Source of the DNA: Peribolospora baueri
Lineage: Eukaryota
DNA: 20,000 bases
NCBI GenBank assembly: GCA_029717555.1
Contig: JAMDHS010000062.1
Location: 107,792-127,791, forward strand
Direction: 5' to 3'
Of this stretch, positions 10,523-19,792 are shown in pieces; position 1 is the first letter of the stretch, and the number at the start of each line of letters is the position of its first letter. The notes under the pieces were generated by a model. It was not told the origin of the DNA, searched no databases, and saw nothing but the letters and a program-made list of their open reading frames with translations. Made by a program: the position numbers and the translations under genes.

Positions 10523-13092
10523 ATGTATTACAGCAACGACCGCAAATCCGCCAGCGGGCTCGACCCCATCGAGCCCGACAACCTCCGCGCCCAACATGGC
10601 GCCCAATCTGACCAGCGCCACGTTTCCGTGCCCGCGCCAGGGGAGGACGCCCAGGCAGGCGTCAAAGCCGTCGAGGCGACACAGCAGCTCTGGGGCACGA
10701 AGAGGAGCGCACACTGGTGGACCTTGTACCTTAGGTGAGCGCTGGAAATCCTGCATCCACGCTCACTAGTCTAGCCCCTTGCTCACCGCCTCTTTTTGAC
10801 CGCTCCTACTGCTCGTAATGCGTTCAGCATCGCCCTCGTCGCCTATGTCGCCTCACTGGACGGCAATACCTCCTACGTATACCTCAATTCGGCAGCCTCG
10901 GCCTATTCCAAGCTTGGACTATACAGCACCATTTCCATTGTCCAGCAGATGATCATCGCCGTCGCGAAGCCGTGAGTGTCGCATGGCACGTGTTTTCTTG
11001 CCCTTAATGGTTACTCTACGGCCCGCAGACCGGTCAATTTAATCTCTATGGCTCTCTATTTTGCTTATCCGATGCCCCTCTTCAACAGACCCATTGCCAA
11101 AATTTCCGACGTCTTTGGCCGGCCAGCAGCCTATCTCACCTCGGTGCTCTTCTACGTCCTCGGCTACATCATCATGGCGGCCTCTCACAACCTCAACACC
11201 CTCGCCGGTGGTGTTGTCCTATACGCAATCGGAAACACGGGCGTCCAGATCCTTCAGCAGATCCTTGTCGCTGACACGACTACTGCCAAGTGGAGGGGGC
11301 TCACTATCGGTCTGATCAATACGCCGTATATCATCAATTTTGGCGTCGCGCCCAAGGTAGCATCTGGAATTCTGGCGAGTGGTGGATGGAGATGGGGATA
11401 TGGAATGTGAGCTTCCTGCGTCTAATTGTGGCGATGGAGCACGATCTGTGGCTCAACATCAATGAAAGAGCTTACCGTGGTCGTATTTCGCCCGCTGCGC
11501 AGGATGTGCATCCTCATTCCAGCCACGACTGGTCCGCTGATCATCGTCCTCTTCCTAGCCGAACGTCGCGCAAAGAGAGCCAACCTGCTCCCCGCCTCTC
11601 CTTATGTTGGCAATAAACCTTTTCAAATGGTTGTAGATCTGGCGAGGGAACTCGACCTCTTCGGCGTGCTCCTCCTCACGGCCGGATGGCTGCTTCTTCT
11701 CCTGCCGCTCACTTTGGTGAAAGATACGCCTAACGCGTGGAAGGCTGGTGAATTCATGGTTCAGTTACTGTAATTTTCTGTAGATTGGCCAACTCGTTTT
11801 CGCTGACCCGTCTTTACCTTACCCGTTCCACTCACGCTTCCGACCAGGACACATCATCGCCATGATCGTCGTTGGCGGCGTGTGCCTGATCGCCTTTGGT
11901 ATCTGGGAGCTCTTCCCCTCCCGACCAATCATGCCGTATCAGTGCTTCAAGAATCGGGCTGTCATGGCAGCTTGCGTAAGCGGATTTTTCCAACCTCCAT
12001 GCCCTCTTGATGACCTGTATGTCGAAGACGGATGGACGCTGACATTCCTTCAATGGTCCAACTGTTTTCTTTTTCTCCCTTGTCGTGACAGGTCATCGGA
12101 TTTTTCGATTTCGCGTCTTTCTATATCTCTTGGAACTATCTCTATTCATTCGTCACCGTCTCTCGAGGATGGAGCGTCAGTGACGCCACGTACTTCTCGT
12201 TGAGTCTCTCTTCCACTTTCTACTGACATTTTTGTCTTTCTAGCCAGGATCCTTACGCTGTTCCTCTTGCGCCGCGCCTCGACGGGGTGCCGACTTGTCG
12301 ATGGGGCTTCGATGTCGTAGGTCCACTCAGAGCGTCACGTCCACAGTCTTCGGCACACTCGTCGGTGGACTGATGGCATGGACACGCCACTACAAGTACT
12401 TCCTTGTCGGTGGCGTGGTCGTTCGTCTCCTCGGTGTTGGTTTGAGTGCGTAGTCACCTTCTTGCCTAGGTCTACGGAATCCTTATTGTTGGCTTCGCGC
12501 GTCGGTCGCTTATCTCGTCCCTATCTTTCTACCCGTGTCCCTTTTTTCAGTGATCCGCTTCCGCACGCCGACCGACCCGACGGTAGCCTTGGTCTGGTGT
12601 CAGCTTCTCCAAGGCATCGGAGGCGGCCTCATCTCCATCACCATCCAGACGTCAGCACAAGTGTGCGTTCGACACGGCGATGTGGCCGTCGTCACCGCGC
12701 TCGTCCTCCTTCTCACCGAGATCGGCGGCGCGGTCGGATCGGCCATCGCAGGCGCCATGTACACCCAGATCCTGCCCAACAAGCTGGAGCAATATCTCCC
12801 CCAACTCACCCCGGCTCAACGCGGTCAGATCTATGCCGGTCTGGACAACGTGGCCAACTACCCGATCGGAGACCCTGTCCGCGAGGGTATAGCGGCAGCT
12901 TGGGGAGACACGATGCGCAGGTTGACCATCGCCGCCACTGCCATCCTCACTCCCGCTTTGATCGTTGCCTTCTTCACCTACGATCGCCGTCTGTCGGACG
13001 CCCAGAACGTGGTGGAGGAGGACGACGACTCGTCGACAGGCGCCGAAAAGGAGGAGGCCGTAGTCGCGCACGACGGCTTTCGCGCTGCGTAA
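10523..13092 (+). CDS. Siderophore-iron transporter, ARN/SIT (MirB/Str/Sit1-like) MFS family; multi-exon
   Basis: QAGVKAVEA N-terminal motif; SLDGNT; AVAKPPIAKISDVFGR after splicing; LFYVLGYIIMAAS; ADTTTAKWRG; WRWGYGM; LDLFG; QLLQGIGGG; QTSAQVCVRHGDVAVVTALVLLLTEIGGAVGSAIAGAMY; YPIGDPVREGIAAAW; stop at 13090-13092. Confidence 0.93.
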
Positions 13093-13510
13093 GTGGCATG
13101 GCATGGCATGTCCTCTCTGGACCCGAATCGTTACAAATGTGCACACGCCCGGCCGCGGACTGTTCGAAAACTTGGCGCCGAAGCTCGTCTCCGTCTGCGT
13201 TTCTTCTTTCGCCGTCGTTAGTCCCATTGCGAACACAAACGAATGGTGGGCCTGCCACGAACCCTAGATTTACACTGCCTACGGCTGGAAGGAGTGCTCT
13301 TACGTCATAACCTCCCAAGAGAGGCGAAAGGTACATCCATGGCAAGCGTGCGGCGAAGGGTTTACGGGGCATCTTGGCCAGCGATGATGATGAGCCTCGA
13401 CACATGTTTTATCACACCGGGTAGAATTGCGAATGCGGTTTTATGCGGGCGCCCAAGCCATACGCGCACAGACATGAACGGCAAGCGAACTACGGACGCA
13501 GCCACTCCTC

Positions 13511-14049
13511 TCGATCGTCTGTCTGTCTTCCTCGGCAGGACGAGGGCCATCGACTGATCGTCGGCAGGGCGACGCGCACAAGTGCCGAGTGCGACCGCGA
13601 AAGACAACGGCGAGAGAGGGCGAGGGAAGAGCGAGGCGGACGTCAAGAAATGGGCGCCGCCGCTCCACCGTCCTTTCCTCTCGTCCATGAGCGCCTGTGC
13701 ACGGGCCACCCTCGCGTCGCCGTCGCCGCAGTCGATCCCGGGCGGCATCTCCGACGCCGTTGCCATTGCCGTCACCGTCGCTCGCCATCGCCATCGCCAT
13801 CGCCGCCGGTGCCGCAGTCGATCTTGAGCGAGCCTCGCACAAGCCGGTCGTGACACGGAGTGTCGTCGATGGTCGCCGACGATCGATGGATGGTCATCTC
13901 TCTTCTCCTTCACCTCGGCTTGATCGACCGTCCGCCTCCGCCTGCGGTGGTGTCCCTCTTTTCTTCCCCCTTTCTGCCCTGCTTCTCTCACTTCCGCGCG
14001 CCCTCTTGACCCTTCAAACCACCACTCGACCGCGCGCTCGCCATCGATC
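13511..14049. promoter_or_regulatory. Cluster of GATCGA/TCGATC elements, candidate White Collar Complex light-response or clock-box sites upstream of the frq-like gene
   Basis: TCGATC at 13511, 13732, 13818 and 14044; GATCGA at 13881 and 13922. Two of them sit in an identical 13-mer, GCCGCAGTCGATC (13725-13737 and 13811-13823). Confidence 0.5.
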
Positions 14050-14257
14050 TCGGCCGACATCACCTTCACCCGCCCTATATCGCCGCACCGCACTTTCCAT
14101 GTTCCCACCACCCTCGCCGACGACGCTCACCGGCACTCCCACTTCTCCTTCCTAGGCACGACCTCCCACCCACCGTCCGCCCACTCTGGCCCCCGCCACC
14201 GGCCGCCCGCCGCTCGCCAGTCCCCCTCCTCCCGCACCTTGCGTCCCTCGGCCTGTC

Positions 14258-17200
14258 ATGGAGCCGTTGTCTGGACCTGTCCGTCCACGGGCTGGGGGCC
14301 AGCACCGTCAACAACAGCTATGTGGCACCCCCGGACCGACAGAGGAACAACGGGCTCCTGATCACTCTTCTCCTCCTTCTCGTACCCGCCGCTTATCTCC
14401 CTCCGGCACCTCCGGCAGCAGCTCCTCAGCAGCGCATAAAAAGCAGAAGCATCCGTTTCCGACGCCTCGTCTTCCCCCGCATCCCGACCGCGCCATTCTC
14501 TCCCCCCCGGATTTCACTCCACGCCAGCGCGCTGACCGGTTCCCCGTCCCCCCACCGCCCGTTTACCCGCTCGACCCTTTTCGCAACGACAGCGGTGGTG
14601 CCGGCGGTGACGATGGAGAGGCGCCCATCGCCTGGCGCGCACAGCCCTTCCCCCTGCTCCGACCCGGGCGTCCCAGTTGGCCAGGCGTCCATCCCGAATC
14701 CCATCGCGCCCTCTACCACCTCTCCACCTTTTTCTCCTCTCATCAGCAGCACCAGCGCAGCCAGAGCTCGAACGCCGACGTCGATGTCGACTTCTCCTCC
14801 AACGGCGATAACCCCCGCAACGCACAGCTTCGCTCCCGCTCCCCCACAAGGAGCAACGGTCTCAGCAGCGCCTCCCTCGCACCCAGTCAGAGCGCCAGCC
14901 AGTTCGCCCAAAAGGTGGCTGACCGAGACGGGGATCGAGATCAAGGTCGAGAGTCCGTCGACGAGCGGAACGCCGATCGTGGGCCTTCCGTCCCGTACAC
15001 GGGCCGGGCGCCTTTCAGACGCCTATTGCCTAGCGGATCTTCTTCTCAACTGTCGTCTTTCCGGACCTCTCCTTTGGGAAGGGGAGCGGAAGGGGCAGAA
15101 GCGGAAGCGGGAGGAGAGGGGGGAGCGGGAGTAGGAGCAGGAGACTCTTACTCCCATGGAGAGCGTGGCCGAGTGGCGACGACGGTGGACTCGCGCGACG
15201 ACGACGACGATGACGACGACGACAAGGACTCGAGGCTGAACGACTTCATCGACCTCGTCGACGAGCTGACCGTCAAGAACCGCCAGCTCAAGAACCGCAT
15301 CCGCGCGCTCAACGTCCCCGCCGATGCCCGGCCTGATCCGAGTCCATACCCGCTCTCCTCTCCGTCTCACTCCCCAGCGCTCTCCTGCAAGGCCGTCTCC
15401 GTTAGCAGCGGCGGGTCCGCCGGCGCGGGCCCTCATCGGCGCGCCTTCCCGGTGAACACGTCGCGCGACGAGGTGCGCATGTCAGATGCCTGTCCCGCAC
15501 TCTTCGAGCTTCGCTACCATCCTTCCATGCAGCCGGACGACCGGAGGGAGCTTGAGGATGTTCTCACCGGCTGGATCAAGACGCGCGCGGATAAGCGCAA
15601 TGGTCGCGTCCAGGAGTCTTTCGGCGCCCTTGCTGAGGTACCCCAGCGGAACCTCGTTTGCCAGAGGGAGCCTTTCGTCCATGCGGCGGAGAAGGAGCAG
15701 CGGCAGCGACCGCAGCAGCAACGGCAGTACCTCCAAGGCCAGGGTCGTCTGCATCAGAGCCAGACGACCGACAACCGCCAGGTGGACGTCCCGTATAGCG
15801 CCGACCGTGGTCTCGATGTTCAGCGCATCTTCGCTCCCGCCGACTCCAACGTCAGCTCGGCCCAAGGTCTCTCATTCGGACTCTTCTCCGGCCTCGGCCT
15901 CGACGGACAAGTGTGCTTGGGCTCGGGCTCATCAGTACTGGAAAGCAACGCCAACTCCAACTTTAATGCCAACACCACGTCCACCGGCGCTGCCACCACC
16001 GCCACCGCGAGCTCCGGCATGGTATCCACTTCCGCCGCGGTGAGCCTTCTCTTCGAGTCCCCGCCGCCACCGCCCAACTACCGTCACGTGCCCCCCTCCT
16101 CAGCGGCGACGCGCATGGACGCTCGCCGGCCCCTCTCCGCCGCGTTCGACTCGGATCCCGACGTGGTGACTACCGTCACGCCACTTGCAACCGTCGTGAC
16201 GCCCAACGACGGCTCGTCCGGTTCCGGCAACTCGGCTAAGCGTCAGGGCGCCGATGGGGTCAGCTTGGGGCGGGAGAAAGGGACGATTGCCAAGGCGTTG
16301 GAGATGGAGAGGGAGAAGAAGGCGGAGAAGGGCAAGGTGGCAAACGTCGACGAGGCCGTTCAGCTTGAGGTCAAGCGGCGGGAGGGAGACGACGACATCG
16401 CCGTCGAGCGCGGGTTCACCTCTTTCCATACCGACGGTCCCTCCGTCGCCGTCAAAGATCCTCCTGCTCATCCCTTCTTTAAGCCCTACCAGTGCTCCAT
16501 CTTCATCCCCCCTCCCACCTTTCCCCCCTCCCTCAATGCGTCCGACTCGCTTTCGTCCTCCGAGTCCTCGCCCAAGTCGTCCGAACTCAGCAGCTGCTCA
16601 GTGGAGAGGAGCGGCGGATCGATTGGGAAGGAGCGGGGGACAACGTCCACCTCGAAGAAGGCGTCGTTGTCCGGCAGGTGGAGGAGGGGGAGGAAGGGGA
16701 AGAGGAGGAGGAGGGCCAGCGTCCATGCGTCCAACGCCGAAGCTCCCGTCGTCTTCTACGAGGGCGGGCGCTTCTGCACCGACCTTAGCAAAGACATCCT
16801 CTGCCCCGTCGTCGAGTCCCTTCCCGCCGAGGGCATGGCCGCCACCGCCGCCGCCTTCGATCCGCCGCAGAGCGCCGAGGAGCTCGATCACCACATCCTC
16901 GGCGCCGCCGCCGCTCCCGCCACGCTCCGCAACGGACGGAAGGAGTCTGGCTTCTTCGTGAGGCTCCACGACCGTAGGCTCGCGTTCGAGACTGGGGGAG
17001 ATGGCGAAGCTGTCGGCATGCCTCTGGACGCGGGGGAGGAAGAGCGATTTCCATCGACCGACGTCGAGGACGCTTCTCACGCGATCCTCGCCACGCCGCC
17101 GCCGCCGCCGGAGATGGCAGAAACGGACTCGGCCAAGAGCAGCTCGTCGAAGCGGTTCAATACGAGGAAGGAGATGGGCAAGAGTAAGTCCCGCTCGTCG

Positions 17201-18301
17201 GCGGACATGCCTGTCAGCAAGAATGCAAAATCATCCGTCGGGAGGTCCCCTTTGACCGGTGGTAGGCTGGCCACGAACACGGAGGCGGACGGGAGGATGC
17301 CGTCGGTGTTTAGCGACGCACTCGGAGGGACGCTCGCCGAGCGCATCGACACGGCCAACAGGCTGTTGGAGGATCAGGTAAAACGGCGAGAGGAGGAGAA
17401 GGAGAGGGAGCGCATCCGCGCCTGCCTCTTCGCCGAGGCCAGTGAGGCAGTCCCGCCGGACGGCTTCGACCAGCTGCCCCTCACGCCCGCGACCGCCGGG
17501 CCCGTATTTGCCCACTTCTTCAACCAGCCCCGCATGGAACGGACCGACACCACCCAGGTCTGCCCGCCCTCCGTCGCCGCGGTCAAGTCCGTGTCCCTCG
17601 GGGACGATGTGGAGAGCGAAAGAGACGCCGCCACAGACGAGCCACTCGTCGTGCGCGGCTCGGACGTGACGCGGGCGAGGATAGCGCCGCCGCCGGTGAA
17701 CCCGATCACCGCGTTTATCAACGCGCCCGTTGCCGGCCGCCGCTGCCGGCCCTTCCCGACGCCCAAGACGCCGCGTGCTCGGGAGTCGTTCAATCTCACC
17801 CACGACGTCCGGCAGGGCGACGCGTTCGCGATCGACGTCAGGATCGAGCATGAGGACGACGAGGCGCACTTCAAAGGTGCCGATTTTGTAAACTTTGACG
17901 TGGCCGGCTCGGATTTTGACGCCGACGAGGACGACGAGGCTCCGCCTATCGGCATCAAGCGACCCGCTCGGAGCAGCTCCGGCTCGGCCGGACCATCGAA
18001 ACGGTGCCGGACCGGTAGCAGTCTCGCTTGGCCCTCCGCTTCGAGTCGCGTCCCGTCCTCTCAGCTTTGCATCTCGGCCGGTCGGATCGGGACCACGGGT
18101 GTGTCGCCTCTTCCGGGGTCGAAAGAGAGGGGCCCGCGTCAGAAGGCGGGGGCGAAGAAGTACAATATTGTCTCCGAGCGCGTCGTCAAGTTGCCCCTCG
18201 TCCAACCGTCACACAGTGCCGGTGTTCGCCGGCACGTTCGCCGGCACGTCTCCCATCCTCCGAATCAGGTCACGGGGCGAGGGCGGTACAAGCTGCGCTG
18301 A
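14258..18301 (+). CDS. frq: FREQUENCY (FRQ)-like circadian clock protein; 1347-aa uninterrupted ORF, mostly low complexity; the true C-terminus may extend further
   Basis: Blocks collinear with recalled Neurospora FRQ: coiled coil NDFIDLVDELTVKNRQLKNRI (FRQ DDYRSVIDDLTVENKRLKEEL); LFELRYHPSMQPDDRRELEDVL (LFEIKVHGLP..K.RELEATL); PFFKPY (FHYKPLF-like); basic RRGRKGKRRRR then PVVFYEGGRFCTDLSKD (IIYY.GAPFCTDLSGD); DVRQGDAFAIDVRI (GVLPDDHFVMLVTT); YNIVSERVVKLP (EYVS.R..RL.P). Confidence 0.78.
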   Translation: MEPLSGPVRPRAGGQHRQQQLCGTPGPTEEQRAPDHSSPPSRTRRLSPSGTSGSSSSAAHKKQKHPFPTPRLPPHPDRAILSPPDFTPRQRADRFPVPPPPVYPLDPFRNDSGGAGGDDGEAPIAWRAQPFPLLRPGRPSWPGVHPESHRALYHLSTFFSSHQQHQRSQSSNADVDVDFSSNGDNPRNAQLRSRSPTRSNGLSSASLAPSQSASQFAQKVADRDGDRDQGRESVDERNADRGPSVPYTGRAPFRRLLPSGSSSQLSSFRTSPLGRGAEGAEAEAGGEGGAGVGAGDSYSHGERGRVATTVDSRDDDDDDDDDKDSRLNDFIDLVDELTVKNRQLKNRIRALNVPADARPDPSPYPLSSPSHSPALSCKAVSVSSGGSAGAGPHRRAFPVNTSRDEVRMSDACPALFELRYHPSMQPDDRRELEDVLTGWIKTRADKRNGRVQESFGALAEVPQRNLVCQREPFVHAAEKEQRQRPQQQRQYLQGQGRLHQSQTTDNRQVDVPYSADRGLDVQRIFAPADSNVSSAQGLSFGLFSGLGLDGQVCLGSGSSVLESNANSNFNANTTSTGAATTATASSGMVSTSAAVSLLFESPPPPPNYRHVPPSSAATRMDARRPLSAAFDSDPDVVTTVTPLATVVTPNDGSSGSGNSAKRQGADGVSLGREKGTIAKALEMEREKKAEKGKVANVDEAVQLEVKRREGDDDIAVERGFTSFHTDGPSVAVKDPPAHPFFKPYQCSIFIPPPTFPPSLNASDSLSSSESSPKSSELSSCSVERSGGSIGKERGTTSTSKKASLSGRWRRGRKGKRRRRASVHASNAEAPVVFYEGGRFCTDLSKDILCPVVESLPAEGMAATAAAFDPPQSAEELDHHILGAAAAPATLRNGRKESGFFVRLHDRRLAFETGGDGEAVGMPLDAGEEERFPSTDVEDASHAILATPPPPPEMAETDSAKSSSSKRFNTRKEMGKSKSRSSADMPVSKNAKSSVGRSPLTGGRLATNTEADGRMPSVFSDALGGTLAERIDTANRLLEDQVKRREEEKERERIRACLFAEASEAVPPDGFDQLPLTPATAGPVFAHFFNQPRMERTDTTQVCPPSVAAVKSVSLGDDVESERDAATDEPLVVRGSDVTRARIAPPPVNPITAFINAPVAGRRCRPFPTPKTPRARESFNLTHDVRQGDAFAIDVRIEHEDDEAHFKGADFVNFDVAGSDFDADEDDEAPPIGIKRPARSSSGSAGPSKRCRTGSSLAWPSASSRVPSSQLCISAGRIGTTGVSPLPGSKERGPRQKAGAKKYNIVSERVVKLPLVQPSHSAGVRRHVRRHVSHPPNQVTGRGRYKLR

Positions 18302-18523
18302 TGCGGCGAGCCGGCCGGCAGGAGAGCCAGTCCAAGGGCCACTCGAACGACCGACGTCGCGCCGCCGAGATCGACGCCAGCTCATTCGGCAAAAACACCA
18401 ACTCGATGGGCGACTCCATCGCTCCGCGAGGAGAGGTTTGTTCGTCCCGCCGGACGCTTCAAGCAGTCCGCTGCGCCGCCCTCGCCTCCCGGCGCTCCGT
18501 TTTCGTACCAACGGCCCGGGCCG

Positions 18524-19030
18524 ATGAACTTCCCCAAGGCGCCCGAAGACCAGCCCCTTCACCACGTCCACCGTGGCTCTCTCCAAGACAGACGGGCGCG
18601 CCATCCCTGGCGGCATATCGTTGGCGACCCGCTCCACCAAACCAAGATTTCGAGTCCGGAAGAGATGGATGAGCCGATGGGCATATCCCGCGGCCTGCGC
18701 GGCGTCGACGTCGGCACGAGCTCGGCCATCGGCTGTGCGCTCTTCGCCGAGCGCGAGTGTCGCAGCGTCAGCTGTCTGTCCAGAGGGGAGGGCAGCGATG
18801 ATGAGGGCGGGAGCAGGCACGGCTCAGCGCAGGCCGGTGACGGCGTAGGCGAGATGACCTCGGCGTCGGCGGCCAGGGGCGTACTGGGCGCGGGAGGGCT
18901 TGAGGATGAGGAAGACGACAAGGACTGCCTCATGGTGCCCATCGACCTAGACAGCGAGGACTCGACCGACGATAAGGCCGTCGTTATCCCCACTTCCTCC
19001 CTTCATCGGACGCGCAAGCGCAAAATTATC
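18524..19030 (+). other. Coding-like acidic segment in the same frame as the frq-like ORF, a probable C-terminal extension
   Basis: Same reading frame as 14258, with only TGA 18299-18301 in between. Codons at about 18660-19000 end strongly in G/C (EEMDEPMG..EGSDDEGG..LEDEEDDKD..DLDSEDSTDDK). Confidence 0.5.
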
Positions 19031-19560
19031 TCATTGTTTTTGTTGGTCTGTCTTTGCGGTCTTGTCATACCGTCCTCACCGATTCGTCCCCCTTTTTATC
19101 CTTTTCTTTGTTTTCGCCTACTTTTGTTATTGGGTTTTTTTCGTTTCTTTATCGTTCTCCCAACGTTTTCGCCTCGCAGTCATTCTCATCATCATCCATC
19201 TCGCCTCTTCTCGCCCAGTCGACGTCCTAGTCTATTCTATATCGTCCTACCGCATCTTGTCCGTCGTCTTTTCATCCTTCCAGGTTTTTGCCTCCCACCT
19301 CGTCGTGTCTTTCCTTTCCTTCTCATCCAACTTGGCTCTTTCCATCATCATTCGCTTGTAATCCCTCCCCCCACGTCACGTTCCCGGTATTAGTCGTCCA
19401 TCTCGTCTCTGTTCTGTTAGCGTAAGCGTCGCGCCGCGTCTCGTCTAGTCATCGCGTTTCAACCCGTTCCACGTTTGTCCCCCAAACTGTCAAGAAGCAG
19501 TCTGGAGGTTGCTGGAAACAGCCCTTTATAATATGCCTTTCTGTCGCCTCGAATATCCAA

Positions 19561-19792
19561 AAAATGTGCGAGTGAGACCTGAGCGCCATGGCCTCCCTTG
19601 CGTCCCTGACAGCTTTGTGGCCGACGTCAAGCGCAGCCCTGCCAGTCCTTTGTCCATCAGCACTATTCTTTCCATCTTTAGCGAGACGACGAGGACGGCT
19701 CTGCAAACGGGCTGAAGCTTTGCGTCCCTTTCCATTACCAGTGAGAGGGACGCAAGGGAGGCCATGGCGCTCAGGTCTCACTCGCACATTTT
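19561..19792. repeat. Perfect 47-bp inverted repeat with a 138-bp spacer (MITE-like or fold-back element)
   Basis: AAAATGTGCGAGTGAGACCTGAGCGCCATGGCCTCCCTTGCGTCCCT at 19561-19607; its exact reverse complement is at 19746-19792. Confidence 0.95.

Noticed and set aside
13243..14155. Arg/Pro-rich ORFs between the transporter and the frq-like gene
   Set aside because: Low-complexity GC-rich promoter or leader sequence with no domain or convincing splice structure.
18223..18248. 12-bp tandem duplication (GTTCGCCGGCAC)x2
   Set aside because: A small in-frame slippage (VRRHVRRH) that does not explain the downstream stop.
10523..18301. Functional iron-clock cluster from adjacency of the siderophore transporter and frq-like gene
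   Set aside because: Adjacency in a compact fungal genome is not evidence of linkage, and the two promoters carry different motifs.
18299..18301. TGA as a selenocysteine codon, with the downstream hairpin as a SECIS
   Set aside because: Dikarya are not known to have Sec machinery, there is no redox motif context, and a perfect 47-bp stem does not resemble a SECIS.
14322..18993. Many long overlapping and antisense ORFs across the frq-like locus (e.g. 17231-18205 -, 18209-18820 -)
   Set aside because: Expected shadow ORFs in GC-rich coding DNA with no recognisable domains. They are not evidence of a qrf-like antisense transcript.
19030..19393. Hydrophobic, transmembrane-looking end of ORF 18524-19393
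   Set aside because: It arises from T/C-rich UTR-like sequence (F/L/S/P codons), so it is unlikely to be a real membrane domain.
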